This document shows, piece after piece, positions 46,028-55,874 of a stretch of DNA of 64,000 bases. The stretch covers positions 242,743-306,742 of the forward strand of contig CBDAUD010000002.1 in the NCBI GenBank assembly GCA_965200485.1, given 5' to 3'. Source of the DNA: a bacterium. Lineage in GTDB: Bacteria; JAAXHH01. Within the stretch, counting starts at the first letter, position 1. Every line of letters starts with the position of its first letter. The translations under genes were made by a program, and so were the position numbers. The notes under the pieces are model-generated. The model was not told where the DNA came from, ran no database searches, and saw only the letters and a program-made list of their open reading frames with translations.

Positions 46028-48448
46028 GTGTCTGACATGCCTTTCAAGTACCTGAAATCCTTCCTGGGCTGGGCCCTTGCGGGTGGAATGCTCGTCGCCA
46101 TGGCCCTGGCTCCCGCTGCAGCAAACGGACAACAGCAGCAACCCCTGATCGCCGATGTGGTGATCGAGGGGCACGCCAACGTCGATGAACCGCTGATCCG
46201 GTCGGTGGTCACCCTGAAGCCGGGGAATCTCTACAATCCCCGGGACGGCGCGACCACTATCAAGCAACTCTATCGACTGGGTCTGTTCGAAGACATTCGC
46301 ATCTATGCCGGCATGGGCGCAACCGGTTTGGTCGTCACGATCAATGTGAAGGAATACCCCCTGCTGGACCGTATCGAATTCGAAGGAAACAACAAGCTCA
46401 AGGATGACGAACTCGAGCGGATATCGGGTATCTTCCAGGGTCAGGCGCTGAGCCCCTTTCGAAGAAAAAGCGTGGTCGACAACCTCACCCGGGCCTATTA
46501 CGAGAAAGGGCATCTGCTTGCTACGCTGAAACCGCGCGTACTTGTGGAAAGAAACAACGCGATTCTGCGGGTTGAAATTGACGAGGGAGAGAAGGTCAAG
46601 CTGGGCGAAGTCTTCATCGAAAACAACGTATCCGTCCCGGAAAAACGCCTGCAGGAAGCCTTTCGGAAGAAATCCGACACGGAAGAAGACCATTTCTGGA
46701 AAGAGGGGGATCTTCGAAGAGAACGCCTGCTGGACCAGTTTGAGAAGATCGCGGAGGAATATCGCAAGGATGGATTCCGCGACGTGGAGGTCCTGGAGGA
46801 TACCCTGTGGTTCAGTGAAGACCGGAAGCGGATGTACCTCAAGGTCAAAATCGACGAGGGCAGAAGGTACTACCTCGGCGATGTGGCTTTCGAAGGAAAC
46901 ACGAAATTCACCTCCGAACAGCTGTCCAGCCTCATCAAGATCGACGCGGGCAAGCCGTTCAACGAAGAAGAATACCAGGAGAGCGTAGCGACCATCTACG
47001 AGGCCTATGGCGAACTGGGCTACCTGTACGCCACGCCGATCGCCCGCGAGTCCGCGGCCAACGACTCTACCATCGACCTGCAATTCGCCGTCAACGAGGG
47101 GGAACCGGCCAGCGTGCATCGCATCGACATCGTGGGCAATACCAAGACCAAGGACAAGGTCATCCGCCGCGAGCTGCTGATTAAGCCGGGACAGACTTTT
47201 CGCCGCTCTTTGCTCCTCAGAAGCCAGCGCGACGTATTCCAGCTGAACTTTTTTCAGGATGTCCAGCCCGGACTGCAACCCCTGCCGGACGGGGACGTGG
47301 ACATTTCCTTCAATGTACTGGAGAAGCCGACGGGCACGGCAAACGCCGGCGCCGGGTACAGCGGGCTTGACGGACTCGTGGGTACCATTTCCATGATCAT
47401 CCCCAACTTTCTGGGCAACGGACAAGGCCTGAATTTCAGCTGGGAGTTCGGCAACCGCCGCAATTCCGTTTCCGCCAGTTTCGTCGAACCCTGGCTGTTC
47501 GACACGCCTACCAGCGCCGGCATCGATCTCTTCCGGACCAACAGGCAGTGGTTCCGGGAATTCAATATCATACAGAAAGGCTTCGGGACGTCCTTGGGGC
47601 GGCGTTTCCGGGGAACCTACTGGCGGATCAGGGGGGCGTACAGGTTCTTCGACCTTGCGTACTCCGGTTTCGGCGAGCAATACTACGCTGCAGCGCTGGA
47701 AGACTCCACCCTCACCGATGCCCAGATCGCCGTGATTAACGGCAACATACGTCAGCGCGAATCCCTGGAATCCAACAGCGGCCTGACCAGTCAGGTATCC
47801 TTCTCCGTGACGCGGGACAGCCGCGATTTCCCCCAGTTCGCCACACAGGGTATGCGCCAGACTTCCCGCAGTGACGTCGCTGGCGTCGGCGGCGACGTGA
47901 AATACCTGAAGCAGACGCTGGAATCCGATTTCTATTTTCCCGTTTTCAGGGGTACGTCGGTATCGCTGAGGGGGAGATACGCCGTGGCGTTGAACCCCTT
48001 CAACGACAGAGAAGTGCCGTTTTTCGAGCGCTTCTTTCCGGGCGGCGTCAGTTTCGACGGGTTGATCCGGGGTTATGGCAACAACTCCGTGGGGCCCTAT
48101 ACGGAGTTGGGGGACGGGACCAGCAGCCGGGACGGTGGACGGGTGATGAGCATACTTACCCTGGAGTATCAGGTCCCCATCATCGATCAGCTCAGCTCGC
48201 AGCAGCCCGTTTACGCCGTGGCGTTTCTCGAGGCCGGAAACGCCTGGGCGAAACTGTCCGAAGCATCGCCGCTGCCGGGCAATATGAAGAAATCGGCCGG
48301 CGTCGGCATTCGGGTGATCATGCCGCTGGTCGGTCTATTGGGATTCGACGTCGGTTACGGGTTCGACAAACCGTCCGATCCCGTCCAGGCCCTTACGAAG
48401 AGCCGGAGCGGGTGGCATACGCATTTTCAACTGGGACAGGTGTTCTGA
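46028..48448 (+). CDS. bamA: Outer-membrane protein assembly factor BamA (POTRA repeats plus Omp85 barrel)
   Basis: 806-aa ORF. Signal peptide. Multiple POTRA-like repeats (IEGHANVDEPLIRSVV...). C-terminal 16-strand barrel ending in aromatic-rich GYGFDKP...HFQLGQVF. Confidence 0.9.
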   Translation: MSDMPFKYLKSFLGWALAGGMLVAMALAPAAANGQQQQPLIADVVIEGHANVDEPLIRSVVTLKPGNLYNPRDGATTIKQLYRLGLFEDIRIYAGMGATGLVVTINVKEYPLLDRIEFEGNNKLKDDELERISGIFQGQALSPFRRKSVVDNLTRAYYEKGHLLATLKPRVLVERNNAILRVEIDEGEKVKLGEVFIENNVSVPEKRLQEAFRKKSDTEEDHFWKEGDLRRERLLDQFEKIAEEYRKDGFRDVEVLEDTLWFSEDRKRMYLKVKIDEGRRYYLGDVAFEGNTKFTSEQLSSLIKIDAGKPFNEEEYQESVATIYEAYGELGYLYATPIARESAANDSTIDLQFAVNEGEPASVHRIDIVGNTKTKDKVIRRELLIKPGQTFRRSLLLRSQRDVFQLNFFQDVQPGLQPLPDGDVDISFNVLEKPTGTANAGAGYSGLDGLVGTISMIIPNFLGNGQGLNFSWEFGNRRNSVSASFVEPWLFDTPTSAGIDLFRTNRQWFREFNIIQKGFGTSLGRRFRGTYWRIRGAYRFFDLAYSGFGEQYYAAALEDSTLTDAQIAVINGNIRQRESLESNSGLTSQVSFSVTRDSRDFPQFATQGMRQTSRSDVAGVGGDVKYLKQTLESDFYFPVFRGTSVSLRGRYAVALNPFNDREVPFFERFFPGGVSFDGLIRGYGNNSVGPYTELGDGTSSRDGGRVMSILTLEYQVPIIDQLSSQQPVYAVAFLEAGNAWAKLSEASPLPGNMKKSAGVGIRVIMPLVGLLGFDVGYGFDKPSDPVQALTKSRSGWHTHFQLGQVF

Positions 48449-48500
48449 CGTATAGGTCCAGAGGTTCTCCGGAGCGATCCGGTATTGCCAGGAGGAATAA

Positions 48501-49037
48501 ATGGTTTCACCGAGCGGTTCGACTTTGACTCGTATCACGGCGGCGCTTGCCTTCGTCTTGCTGTTGCCGGCCATGGCGCAGGGGCAGGAGCTGAAGATCG
48601 GCTATCTGGACATGGAGCGTATTCGCCAGTCCTACCAGGGGTTCAAGGATGCGGAGGAGGCCTTTCAGAAGGTGGCGAGGGAGGTGCAGGGACAGGTCCA
48701 GGACAGGCAACAGGAAGTCGAAATGCTGAAGCAGCAGTACGAAGCCCGGAAGACCATGTTGACTGCGGCCAGGCGGCAGCAGGACGAGCAGCACATCCTG
48801 CAGAAGGAACAGGAGTTGATGCAGTTCGCCCAGAGTTCGCAGATGCAGCTCGCACAGCAGGAAGTGGAACTGACCAGGCCGTTGCAGGAGAGCATTTTCA
48901 ACGTGGTGCAGACCCTGGCCAAGGCGGAGAACTTTACGTACATCTTCGATGCCGGGTCGCTTATATACGTGGACCCGCTGCGTGCGCAGGACCTCACGGG
49001 ATCGGTTCTGGAGGAACTGCAAAAGGAAGTCAAGTAG
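48501..49037 (+). CDS. skp: OmpH/Skp periplasmic chaperone
   Basis: 178-aa ORF. Signal peptide ([16 protein letters not shown]), long coiled-coil Q/E/K-rich tentacle region, position between bamA and lpxD. Confidence 0.8.
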   Translation: MVSPSGSTLTRITAALAFVLLLPAMAQGQELKIGYLDMERIRQSYQGFKDAEEAFQKVAREVQGQVQDRQQEVEMLKQQYEARKTMLTAARRQQDEQHILQKEQELMQFAQSSQMQLAQQEVELTRPLQESIFNVVQTLAKAENFTYIFDAGSLIYVDPLRAQDLTGSVLEELQKEVK

Positions 49038-49044
49038 CCGATTG

Positions 49045-50073
49045 ATGCGTCAGAGACTAGCCGAAATAGCAACCCAGGTAGAGGGCGAACTCATCGGTGA
49101 CGGCTCCAGTATCATCGAGCGCGTCGCTCCGCTTGACGAGGCCGGCGCGGGTTCGATTTCCGTTCTGATCAACGCCCGGCAGAGCCGGCGGCTGGCGTCG
49201 ACCGGAGCCTCGGCGGTCATCGTCTCGCGGGAGATTGACGACGCGCCGGTTCCCATCATACGCGTGGCCTCCCCCGAAGTAGCTCTTGTGACCCTGTTGT
49301 CAACGTATTTCGCCGGCCATCGTCCCGCGGAGCGCGGTGTTCATCCGACCGCCGTCATTCACCCGTCCGCCGACGTGGACGAAGAGGCGGACATCGGCCC
49401 CCATGTATCGATCGGACCGCATACGTCGGTGGCCCGAAACACCTGCATAGGCGCAGGGGTGGCCATCGGCGCCCATTGCCGGATAGGTGCGGGCGCTTGG
49501 ATTTTCGCCGGCACGACGCTCTACGATCGGGTTTCCCTGGGCGACGGCGTGGTCGTCCACGGCGGAGCGGTGATCGGCAGCGATGGATTCGGCTATTTCC
49601 AGGGAAGCGGCGGCGCCAGGAAAATCCCGCAGGTCGGCGGCGTTGAAATCGGCGACGAGGTGGAGATCGGCGCGAATACGACGATTGACCGTGCGACCAT
49701 GGGCATGACCCGTATCGGTCGCGGGACGAAGATCGACAATCTGGTTCAGATCGGCCACAACGTCGTTATCGGGGATCATGTCACGATTTGTGCACAGGTG
49801 GGTATCGGGGGGAGCACTGTGGTCGAAGCAGGATCCCTGATCGGCGGTCAGGCCGGACTCTCCGACCATATCAAGATCGGCCCCGGATCCAGGATCGGCG
49901 GCCAGGCGGGCGTGACCAAGTCCATTCCCGCCGGATCGACGGTGTCCGGATATCCTGCCCGTCCCCATAACCAAGCCCGAAGGATCGAAGCCGCCGTAAA
50001 ACGGCTGCCCGACCTGTCGCAGGAGATGCAGACGCTGGAGGCGCGGATAAGGGCGCTGGAAGGCCGGGAGTAG
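49045..50073 (+). CDS. lpxD: UDP-3-O-(3-hydroxyacyl)glucosamine N-acyltransferase
   Basis: Start at ATG 49045 (MRQRLAEIA). Left-handed beta-helix hexapeptide repeats ([19 protein letters not shown]...). Catalytic His region (GSDGFGY). C-terminal coiled coil. Confidence 0.9.
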   Translation: MRQRLAEIATQVEGELIGDGSSIIERVAPLDEAGAGSISVLINARQSRRLASTGASAVIVSREIDDAPVPIIRVASPEVALVTLLSTYFAGHRPAERGVHPTAVIHPSADVDEEADIGPHVSIGPHTSVARNTCIGAGVAIGAHCRIGAGAWIFAGTTLYDRVSLGDGVVVHGGAVIGSDGFGYFQGSGGARKIPQVGGVEIGDEVEIGANTTIDRATMGMTRIGRGTKIDNLVQIGHNVVIGDHVTICAQVGIGGSTVVEAGSLIGGQAGLSDHIKIGPGSRIGGQAGVTKSIPAGSTVSGYPARPHNQARRIEAAVKRLPDLSQEMQTLEARIRALEGRE

Positions 50074-50157
50074 CGGTTTGCGCAGCGCGGACCGTGTGCT
50101 GCGGTGCCCATGAGGAAGTATTTCGACAAGCCACCAGCGAAGAGCATAGTCGCACCC

Positions 50158-51624
50158 ATGTTCAAACAACAACGTACCGTTTCATCCTCTGCGTCCGTGA
50201 CGGGGATCGGTCTGCATACCGGTGGACAGGCGACACTGACGTTCAAGCCGGGTACCGTCAACAGCGGGATCCGTTTTGTTCGCGTCGACCATCCCGACCG
50301 GATGGAGATTCCGGCCGACATAGATTACGTGGTCGACACCACCAGGGGAACGAACCTGGAGCGCGACGGGGTTCGGATACACACCGTCGAGCATGTCCTG
50401 GCCGCGGTGGCGGGACTGGGCGTCGACAATCTCAGCATCGAAATCAATGGGGCGGAGCCGCCGATTTGCGATGGCAGCGCCATGCCCTTCGTCGATGCGC
50501 TGATGGAAGCCGGGATCGTCGAACAGGACGCGCCCCGGGTATACCTGGAACTGGAGAATCCGGTGCTTTACTCGGAGCGGAAGAACGGCCTGTTGAAGGA
50601 ACTCGTTGCCATGCCTTCCGACGATTTCCACCTTACCTACATGGTCGACTACCAGAAGTCGAATCTCGCCAGCCAGCACACGGTGCTCTATTCGCTGGAA
50701 GACGAATTCGTCACCGAGTTCGCACCTGCGCGGACCTGGACCTTTCTGAGCGATGTCAAGGCGTTGCGCGAAAGAGGGCTGATCAAGGGGGGCAGCCTGG
50801 AAAGCGCGGTCGTCATAACCGACATGGACCTGTCGGCGGGCGAGCTCGACGAGTTGAAGGACCTGTTCGGCGTGGAAGACCGGGTGGTGATCGGCGAGAA
50901 CGGTATTGTAGGCGCCCAGCCGCTGCGATTCGACAACGAGCCGTGCCGGCACAAGGCCCTCGACCTCATCGGCGACCTGGCGCTGCTCGGAGCGCCGCTT
51001 AGCGCCCAGGTGTTCGGAGCGCGCTCCTCCCATTCCGCCAATGTCGAGCTGGTGCGCAGAATACGCAAAGCCTGCGTAAGGAAGCAGCCGGAAACCGTGC
51101 CGGAGACCTCGGCCCGGACCGTGCCGGAGACCTCGGCCCGGACCGTGCCGGAGACCTCGGCCCGGACCGTGCCGAAAACGGTGTTGGATATTGAAGACAT
51201 CCTTCGCCTCCTGCCCCATCGCTATCCCTTTCTGCTCATCGACCGGGTGATCGGCATGGAACCCGGAAAACGCCTGGTCGCCCTGAAGAATGTGACCATC
51301 GACGAACCTTTCTTCGCGGGGCACTTCCCGGGCCATCCCGTTATGCCGGGCGTCCTGATTGTAGAAGCCATGGCCCAGGCGGGTGGCCTGCTGCTGCTCA
51401 ATACGATCGACAACCCGAAATGCAAGATGGCGTATTTCATGGGAATCGACCGGGCGCGGTTTCGCAAGCTGGTCAAACCCGGGGACCAGATACGCTTCGA
51501 GCTGGAGATGATCCGAATGCGCATGCATGCCTGCAAGATGGAAGGCAAGGCCTACGTGGACGATGAACTGGTAGCCGAAGCCGCGCTCATGGCGATGGTT
51601 TCCGACCGGGAGACGCCACAGTGA
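50158..51624 (+). CDS. lpxC/fabZ: Bifunctional UDP-3-O-acyl-GlcNAc deacetylase / 3-hydroxyacyl-ACP dehydratase (fused LpxC-FabZ)
   Basis: LpxC N-terminus [22 protein letters not shown] (alternative upstream GTG at 50104). LpxC HKxLD-like motif ([12 protein letters not shown]). Linker containing 3x PETSARTV. FabZ hot-dog domain ([14 protein letters not shown]...[16 protein letters not shown]). Confidence 0.9.
   Translation: MFKQQRTVSSSASVTGIGLHTGGQATLTFKPGTVNSGIRFVRVDHPDRMEIPADIDYVVDTTRGTNLERDGVRIHTVEHVLAAVAGLGVDNLSIEINGAEPPICDGSAMPFVDALMEAGIVEQDAPRVYLELENPVLYSERKNGLLKELVAMPSDDFHLTYMVDYQKSNLASQHTVLYSLEDEFVTEFAPARTWTFLSDVKALRERGLIKGGSLESAVVITDMDLSAGELDELKDLFGVEDRVVIGENGIVGAQPLRFDNEPCRHKALDLIGDLALLGAPLSAQVFGARSSHSANVELVRRIRKACVRKQPETVPETSARTVPETSARTVPETSARTVPKTVLDIEDILRLLPHRYPFLLIDRVIGMEPGKRLVALKNVTIDEPFFAGHFPGHPVMPGVLIVEAMAQAGGLLLLNTIDNPKCKMAYFMGIDRARFRKLVKPGDQIRFELEMIRMRMHACKMEGKAYVDDELVAEAALMAMVSDRETPQ
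51097..51168 (+). repeat. Perfect 24-bp tandem repeat x3 (gtgccggagacctcggcccggacc) encoding (V)PETSART repeats in the LpxC-FabZ interdomain linker
   Basis: Three identical adjacent 24-mers at 51097-51120, 51121-51144 and 51145-51168, with partial copies on both sides (ccggaaaccgtg upstream, gtgccgaaaacg downstream). In frame and a multiple of 3. Confidence 0.9.
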
Positions 51625-52430
51625 CGGAAGTTACCGCCGAAGTCCAGATTCATCCCACGGCCATCGTGCATCCCGACGCGGAGTTGGGCCCCGGCTGCAG
51701 TATCGGTCCCTACACGATCGTCGAACCCAACGTCACCATCGGAGCGGACACGCAGATTGCGTCCGGCGCGATGATCGGCGCCCATACCCGCATCGGCGCG
51801 GATTGCAGAATCTATCACGGGGCCGTGGTGGGGTCGATCCCGCAGGATCAGAAGTTCATCGGCGAGCAGTCCACCCTCGAGATCGGGGATCGGACTTCCA
51901 TCCGGGAATTCGCCACGTTGAATCGCGGGACCAGTGCCCTGGGGAAGACGGTCATCGGAAGCGATACCCTGATCATGGCCTACGTGCATGTCGCCCACGA
52001 CTGCGTGATCGGCAACCGGGTTATCCTCGCCAACGGCACGCAACTGGGCGGTCACGTGGAAATCGAGGATTTCGCCATAACGGGCGGCCTGGTGGCGGTC
52101 CACCAGTTCGTTCGAATCGGTCGCCACGCTTTCATCAGCGGCGGCGGAAAGGCGAAGAAAGACATCGCGCCATACGTCAAATACGGCCGCGAACCGCTGA
52201 AGCCGGTTTCGCTCAACACCATCGGACTGAAACGCTGCGGTTTCACCGACGAAACCCTCCGTACCATGAAACAGGCTTTCAGACTGCTCTACCGGTCCTC
52301 GCGCAATGTCTCGCAGGCCGTGGAAGCCGTAACGGCGGAAGTTGAACAGACCGATGAAGTCGGATATCTGCTCGCCTTCATACGGGAGAGCGTCCAGCGC
52401 AGCAAGCGGCACGGGCGCGGCCTGACCTGA
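51621..52430 (+). CDS. lpxA: Acyl-ACP--UDP-N-acetylglucosamine O-acyltransferase
   Basis: 269-aa ORF overlapping the lpxC/fabZ stop. Hexapeptide-repeat beta-helix ([25 protein letters not shown]...) with the LpxA C-terminal helical domain. Confidence 0.9.
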   Translation: MTEVTAEVQIHPTAIVHPDAELGPGCSIGPYTIVEPNVTIGADTQIASGAMIGAHTRIGADCRIYHGAVVGSIPQDQKFIGEQSTLEIGDRTSIREFATLNRGTSALGKTVIGSDTLIMAYVHVAHDCVIGNRVILANGTQLGGHVEIEDFAITGGLVAVHQFVRIGRHAFISGGGKAKKDIAPYVKYGREPLKPVSLNTIGLKRCGFTDETLRTMKQAFRLLYRSSRNVSQAVEAVTAEVEQTDEVGYLLAFIRESVQRSKRHGRGLT

Positions 52431-52446
52431 CTTCCCGATGATCACC

Positions 52447-52481
52447 CGGGGTCCATACCATGAGCAGGATCGTGGACCCCG
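52447..52481 (+). other. 9-bp-stem hairpin (cggggtcca / tggaccccg, 17-nt loop) immediately downstream of lpxA
   Basis: Perfect 9-bp inverted repeat 17 nt after the lpxA stop. Not followed by a T-run, so not a canonical intrinsic terminator. Confidence 0.35.
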
Positions 52482-52531
52482 AAGCCCCATAGTCCATCCG
52501 TCCCGTAGTCAAAAAGAAAGGAACCGTTCCC

Positions 52532-54295
52532 ATGTCGGTCGCTTCAAACGGAGGGCGTGCCAAGCGTATCGATTCGCCGATGCAGCCTCCCTCGTGGGCT
52601 TTTCTGCAAAGAGCCCTGATCAGTCAGCTGGAAGAAGCCGTGGAGGCCTTTTACGATCACTACTTCGACGAACGCGGCTACCTGCTGTGCGTGCCCCGCT
52701 GGGGCGGAGACGACGGACCGGACGACGCGGCGGAGAACTTCGCGAACTGGCCGGAACTCTATGCGCTCGGCGCTTCGGAGCGGGTTTACGATATGTACAA
52801 GCACGCCTGGGACGGACACCTGCTGCAGTACACGGAAGCGAAGACCACCGAGGTGGAGTTCGCCCGGGACGGCATGTACTTCAAGGAATTCCCGACGATG
52901 TTCGACTGGATGCACAACGGGGAAGGCTTCACGGCCTTCTTCCTCCAGGGCTTGTGCGATCCGCACGACAAGAAGTTCGTGGACCGCACGCGGCGGTTCT
53001 GCGGTTTCTACATGGGCGAAGATCCCATCGCCGACAATTACATCCCCGAACATCGCGTGATCAAGAGCATGTTCAACGGAAGCCGGGGATCCATGCTTCG
53101 CAAGGCAACCGGGCTCGACTGGGCGGGTGATCCCATCGAGGTCGAAGGCCGGTTCAAACCGGGTCACGGGGAGCGCAACTACGAGGAGATGGTGGCCCAT
53201 TTCAAGGATTACAATGATGTGGCCGGGGACCATCCCCTGAACATGGGCGTCACCACGATGACCCTGAACGCCTACATGATCGACGGAGACGAGACCTACG
53301 GCGCGTGGACGAGAGACTACCTGGATGCCTGGGTGGAGCGCACCGAACGGAACAACGGGATCATTCCCACGAATATCGGCCTGGACGGAACCATCGGAGG
53401 CGAGTGCGGTGGAAGGTGGTACGGCGGCGCGTACGGCTGGGGTTTTTCAACCATCGTTCCACAGACCGGCGAAGTGGCGCACCGACCGTACTTTCTGATC
53501 CGGGTCCACTGGAGCTTCGGCAACGGCCTGCTGCTCACCGGCGACCAGAAGTACATAGACACCTGGCGTGGCGTCATAGACGGGGTCAACGCGAACAGCA
53601 AGGTGGAGAACGGCCAGACGCTCTATCCCCGCATGCATGGAGACGACGGATGGTACGATTACCGTCCCGAACCCTTCGACGTCGGCGCGGAGCAGGTCTA
53701 CTACTGGTCCATGGACCGGCGCGATCTCGAACGGCTTCCCATGGAGGGCTGGATCGCCTTTCTGGAGGGGAAGAATCCGGACTATCCCGTGGAAGCGTTG
53801 CGGGAGGCTCTCTCCACGGTCCGGTCGAAGATGCAGCGGATGCAGGACGACCTGTCGTCACCGGATACACGCATGTCCGACGATCCCAATGGCACGAACC
53901 CCGCGGAGCTCGATGCCCTGATCCGGCTCATGCTCGGCGGCATGCCCACGCAACATTTCGGCCATCCGCTGCACTGCCGGTTCCGGTATTTCGATCCGGC
54001 CCGGGTGCGTCCAGGCATGCCGGCGGATGTGGCCGCCCTCGTGGAGGAACTCCACGACGACAGCGCGGTGGTCACGCTGGTGAATACGAACCAGGTATCC
54101 GCCCGGACGGTGATCGTCCAGGGCGGCGCGTACGGCGAGCACCAGATTCGGGAAGTGCGTGACGAAAACGGATCGACCCCGGTCGACGGATCGAGTTTTA
54201 CGGTGACGCTAGAACCCGGATGCGGAAGTAGGCTGCATGTAGGCATGGATCGCTACGCCAACCGGCCCTCGTTCGCCTTCCCCTGGGAGCGATAG
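52532..54295 (+). CDS. Hypothetical conserved protein (587 aa), function unknown
   Basis: Long ORF with good coding-frame GC3 bias and W/Y/G-rich globular composition. No motif recognised. Confidence 0.5.
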   Translation: MSVASNGGRAKRIDSPMQPPSWAFLQRALISQLEEAVEAFYDHYFDERGYLLCVPRWGGDDGPDDAAENFANWPELYALGASERVYDMYKHAWDGHLLQYTEAKTTEVEFARDGMYFKEFPTMFDWMHNGEGFTAFFLQGLCDPHDKKFVDRTRRFCGFYMGEDPIADNYIPEHRVIKSMFNGSRGSMLRKATGLDWAGDPIEVEGRFKPGHGERNYEEMVAHFKDYNDVAGDHPLNMGVTTMTLNAYMIDGDETYGAWTRDYLDAWVERTERNNGIIPTNIGLDGTIGGECGGRWYGGAYGWGFSTIVPQTGEVAHRPYFLIRVHWSFGNGLLLTGDQKYIDTWRGVIDGVNANSKVENGQTLYPRMHGDDGWYDYRPEPFDVGAEQVYYWSMDRRDLERLPMEGWIAFLEGKNPDYPVEALREALSTVRSKMQRMQDDLSSPDTRMSDDPNGTNPAELDALIRLMLGGMPTQHFGHPLHCRFRYFDPARVRPGMPADVAALVEELHDDSAVVTLVNTNQVSARTVIVQGGAYGEHQIREVRDENGSTPVDGSSFTVTLEPGCGSRLHVGMDRYANRPSFAFPWER

Positions 54296-54315
54296 GAGAG
54301 CCGCAGCCTGTTCGT

Positions 54316-54819
54316 TCACCCCGGGTGCGCCTCGCGGTAGGCCAGCGTCTGGTCCAGGGTCGTGATCCGGGTGGCTCCGGCTATGCTCACGCCGGCTTCG
54401 CTGGCGATGTTGGCGACATGGTACTTGTCCACGTCCTTGAAGGCGGGCGAACCGGCGAGGTTGCGTATCAGGGCCTCGCCGATATCTACTACGGTGTGAA
54501 GGGCCAGCCCGCGCGTGCGGTAGACCGCCCTCCACCGCGCCCAGTTCCCGGCATCCTTCCGGTCCAGCGGCGCAGATGAGACAAGGTGCGCTGCCGGGAA
54601 CAGGCGGGTCCATCCCAGGTGATCCACCACGCGCTCGATGCGTACAACGCTATGGCTGGACAGGATTCCAAGCGCGAATCTGCCGGCAATCACCTCCAGG
54701 TGCTCCGCGGAAAACCGTCCTTCCGCCCGTATGGCATCTCGGTCGATCTGTTCGTACATGGTTTCTTTTGCGTCCAGATGGGCGAGCGTACGCAGACCCA
54801 TGACCAGGAGCGGCTTCAC
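54316..54819 (-). CDS. Hypothetical protein (167 aa)
   Basis: ORF with coding-like composition between the convergent hypothetical gene and the EamA gene. No recognisable motif. Start uncertain (alternative MYEQIDRD). Confidence 0.4.
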   Translation of the reverse strand: MKPLLVMGLRTLAHLDAKETMYEQIDRDAIRAEGRFSAEHLEVIAGRFALGILSSHSVVRIERVVDHLGWTRLFPAAHLVSSAPLDRKDAGNWARWRAVYRTRGLALHTVVDIGEALIRNLAGSPAFKDVDKYHVANIASEAGVSIAGATRITTLDQTLAYREAHPG

Positions 54820-54895
54820 AGGATCCTCCTCTCCGGTTGTTTGCTTACGGACTCCCGCACTTCCGCATTTCGCATGCCGGACCGTGACCCCGCGA

Positions 54896-55828
54896 CTATC
54901 CCGCTTCCCCTGACCGGCGCAGGTTGCCCAGGATGGATCCGACGACGACCAGTCCGGCGCCCGAAATGCTGAGCAGATTGAGGTTCTCCGGTTGCAGCAG
55001 GGCGGGCAAGAGCGGGGCCGCGATCATCATGTCCAGGACCGTGACCAGGGGCACGACCGCCAGGACCATGCTGACCCGAAACACCTCGAGGTGCTTCAGG
55101 GATTCCACCAGCGTGACGAAAGCGACGAGCGATATCACCGCCGATACATTCAGCAGGATCATCTGCCGGGTGTCTTGCAGAAGCAGCGATTCGAATTGAA
55201 CGAAGGGCAGGATCAGAAACGAGCCGGCCAGGTAGATCAGAAATAGGATGACGGAGGTGGGCAGGACCTGCAGCAGCTGCTTCTGGGTCAACGTGTAGAC
55301 CGAAAGGGCCAGCGCGGCCGCTGCCACCCACAGGATACCCGGCATCATGGCGCTGTCTCCCGACCACAGTTCCGGAAGTCGTTCGTTGAAGAAGAGTAGA
55401 ATCCCGCCTGCAAGCAGCACGAGACCCAGGACCTGGATCAGGCTCATCCGCTCCCGAAAGAACACCATGGCGCCCAGCAGGAGGAAGACCAGGGAAACCT
55501 GATTGACCACCTGGGCGGCGCTCGGCGAGATGTACTCCAGGCTTTGCGGATAGAACACGTACGCGCAGCTGAACCCGAGCACCGACGCCAGGAATACGAG
55601 CAGGTACCCGCCCGTCAGTTGCCGGATCAGGGGGAAATGGCCCTGCCGGTGTACGATCACCGCCATCAGCACGGCCGCCACCACGAACCGGTACCAGGTC
55701 ATCGTGAACGCGTCCAGACTGATCAGCATGATTTTCAGGACGATGGGCAGTCCGCCCCAGACCGAGATCGTAAACAGGCTCAGGACCAGCCCCAGTCCCC
55801 AGCGCCCGCTGGTGACATGCCGATTCAT
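54896..55828 (-). CDS. EamA/DMT-superfamily transporter
   Basis: 310-aa protein with about 10 TM helices in two repeated 5-TM halves, typical of drug/metabolite transporters. Confidence 0.75.
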   Translation of the reverse strand: MNRHVTSGRWGLGLVLSLFTISVWGGLPIVLKIMLISLDAFTMTWYRFVVAAVLMAVIVHRQGHFPLIRQLTGGYLLVFLASVLGFSCAYVFYPQSLEYISPSAAQVVNQVSLVFLLLGAMVFFRERMSLIQVLGLVLLAGGILLFFNERLPELWSGDSAMMPGILWVAAAALALSVYTLTQKQLLQVLPTSVILFLIYLAGSFLILPFVQFESLLLQDTRQMILLNVSAVISLVAFVTLVESLKHLEVFRVSMVLAVVPLVTVLDMMIAAPLLPALLQPENLNLLSISGAGLVVVGSILGNLRRSGEAG

Positions 55829-55874
55829 GCCTTCCCCGGGGAAGGGACCGGTACGCGAAGACGGCGGCCCGGGT

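Noticed and set aside
43220-47680. 685-aa and 580-aa minus-strand ORFs (43220-45277, 45938-47680)
   Set aside because: Antisense to clpC and bamA respectively, both of which have unambiguous motif support on the plus strand. Shadow ORFs.
51097-51168. Tandem repeats considered as a possible CRISPR array
   Set aside because: Repeats are directly adjacent with no spacers, are in-frame within lpxC-fabZ and are only 24 bp. This is a coding VNTR, not CRISPR. No cas genes in the window.
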